NCBI GenBank assembly: GCA_948607205.1
Contig: CAPERS010000005.1
Coordinates: forward strand, 834-64,833
Length of the DNA: 64,000 nt
Source of the DNA: an uncultured Eubacteriales bacterium
GTDB lineage: Bacteria > Bacillota > Clostridia > Christensenellales > UBA1242
Direction of reading: 5' to 3'
Under the pieces are notes generated by a model. That model worked only from the letters and a program-made list of their open reading frames with translations. It was not told the origin of the DNA and ran no database searches. Shown here in pieces: positions 63,964-64,000 of the stretch. Position 1 is the stretch's first letter. Every line of letters starts with the position of its first letter. Both the position numbers and the translations under genes were made by a program.

Positions 63964-64000
63964 ATATATAATTTTACCACAATTTTAAATAAAGACAACA

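Overview
The window looks like a chromosomal segment from a low-GC, spore-forming Firmicute (Clostridia-like). Supporting signals are SpoIIE, a CwlD-type amidase and a sporulation-type sigma factor signature. All calls were made by eye from the sequence and the ORF track. No searches, folds or statistics were run, and hand-derived coordinates may be off by a few nt.

Confidently recognised core genes: pflB-pflA, a second PFL-activase-like radical SAM gene, gmk, spoIIE, tilS, tRNA-Ile(GAU), an SDR, DegV, a SIMPL protein, typA, dnaB, gltX, an MGMT-family gene, gpmI, a ttcA-like PP-loop gene, radC and uvrB.

Observations that stand out:
1. A single 19-kb gene (41027-60052) encodes a 6,341-aa lipobox-anchored giant surface protein with Ig-like modules and six GLUG-like repeat clusters. 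Its 3' third looks compositionally foreign. It sits behind a roughly 93% A+T tract of about 430 bp and a near-consensus promoter.
2. A GC-rich structured RNA candidate of about 200 nt lies directly after tRNA-Ile. It re-uses tRNA-Ile anticodon-stem, T-arm, acceptor and CCA segments but lacks the 5' half.
3. A dispersed family of 13-nt hairpins with covarying stems is arrayed at about 58-62-nt spacing at three loci.
4. Six same-orientation DnaA boxes sit within 105 bp, with no dnaA nearby.
5. Inverted repeats of about 840 bp carry paralogous Pro/Glu-rich membrane proteins and bracket a 3.4-kb segment.
6. An AT-rich, translationally coupled four-gene cassette (DUF4417-like, HNH-like, small His/Trp/Pro-rich protein, zinc-ribbon protein) may be a toxin or defence module.
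7. A sporulation-type sigma factor carries a C-terminal extension of about 190 aa.

I saw no CRISPR array, rRNA, transposase or integrase.
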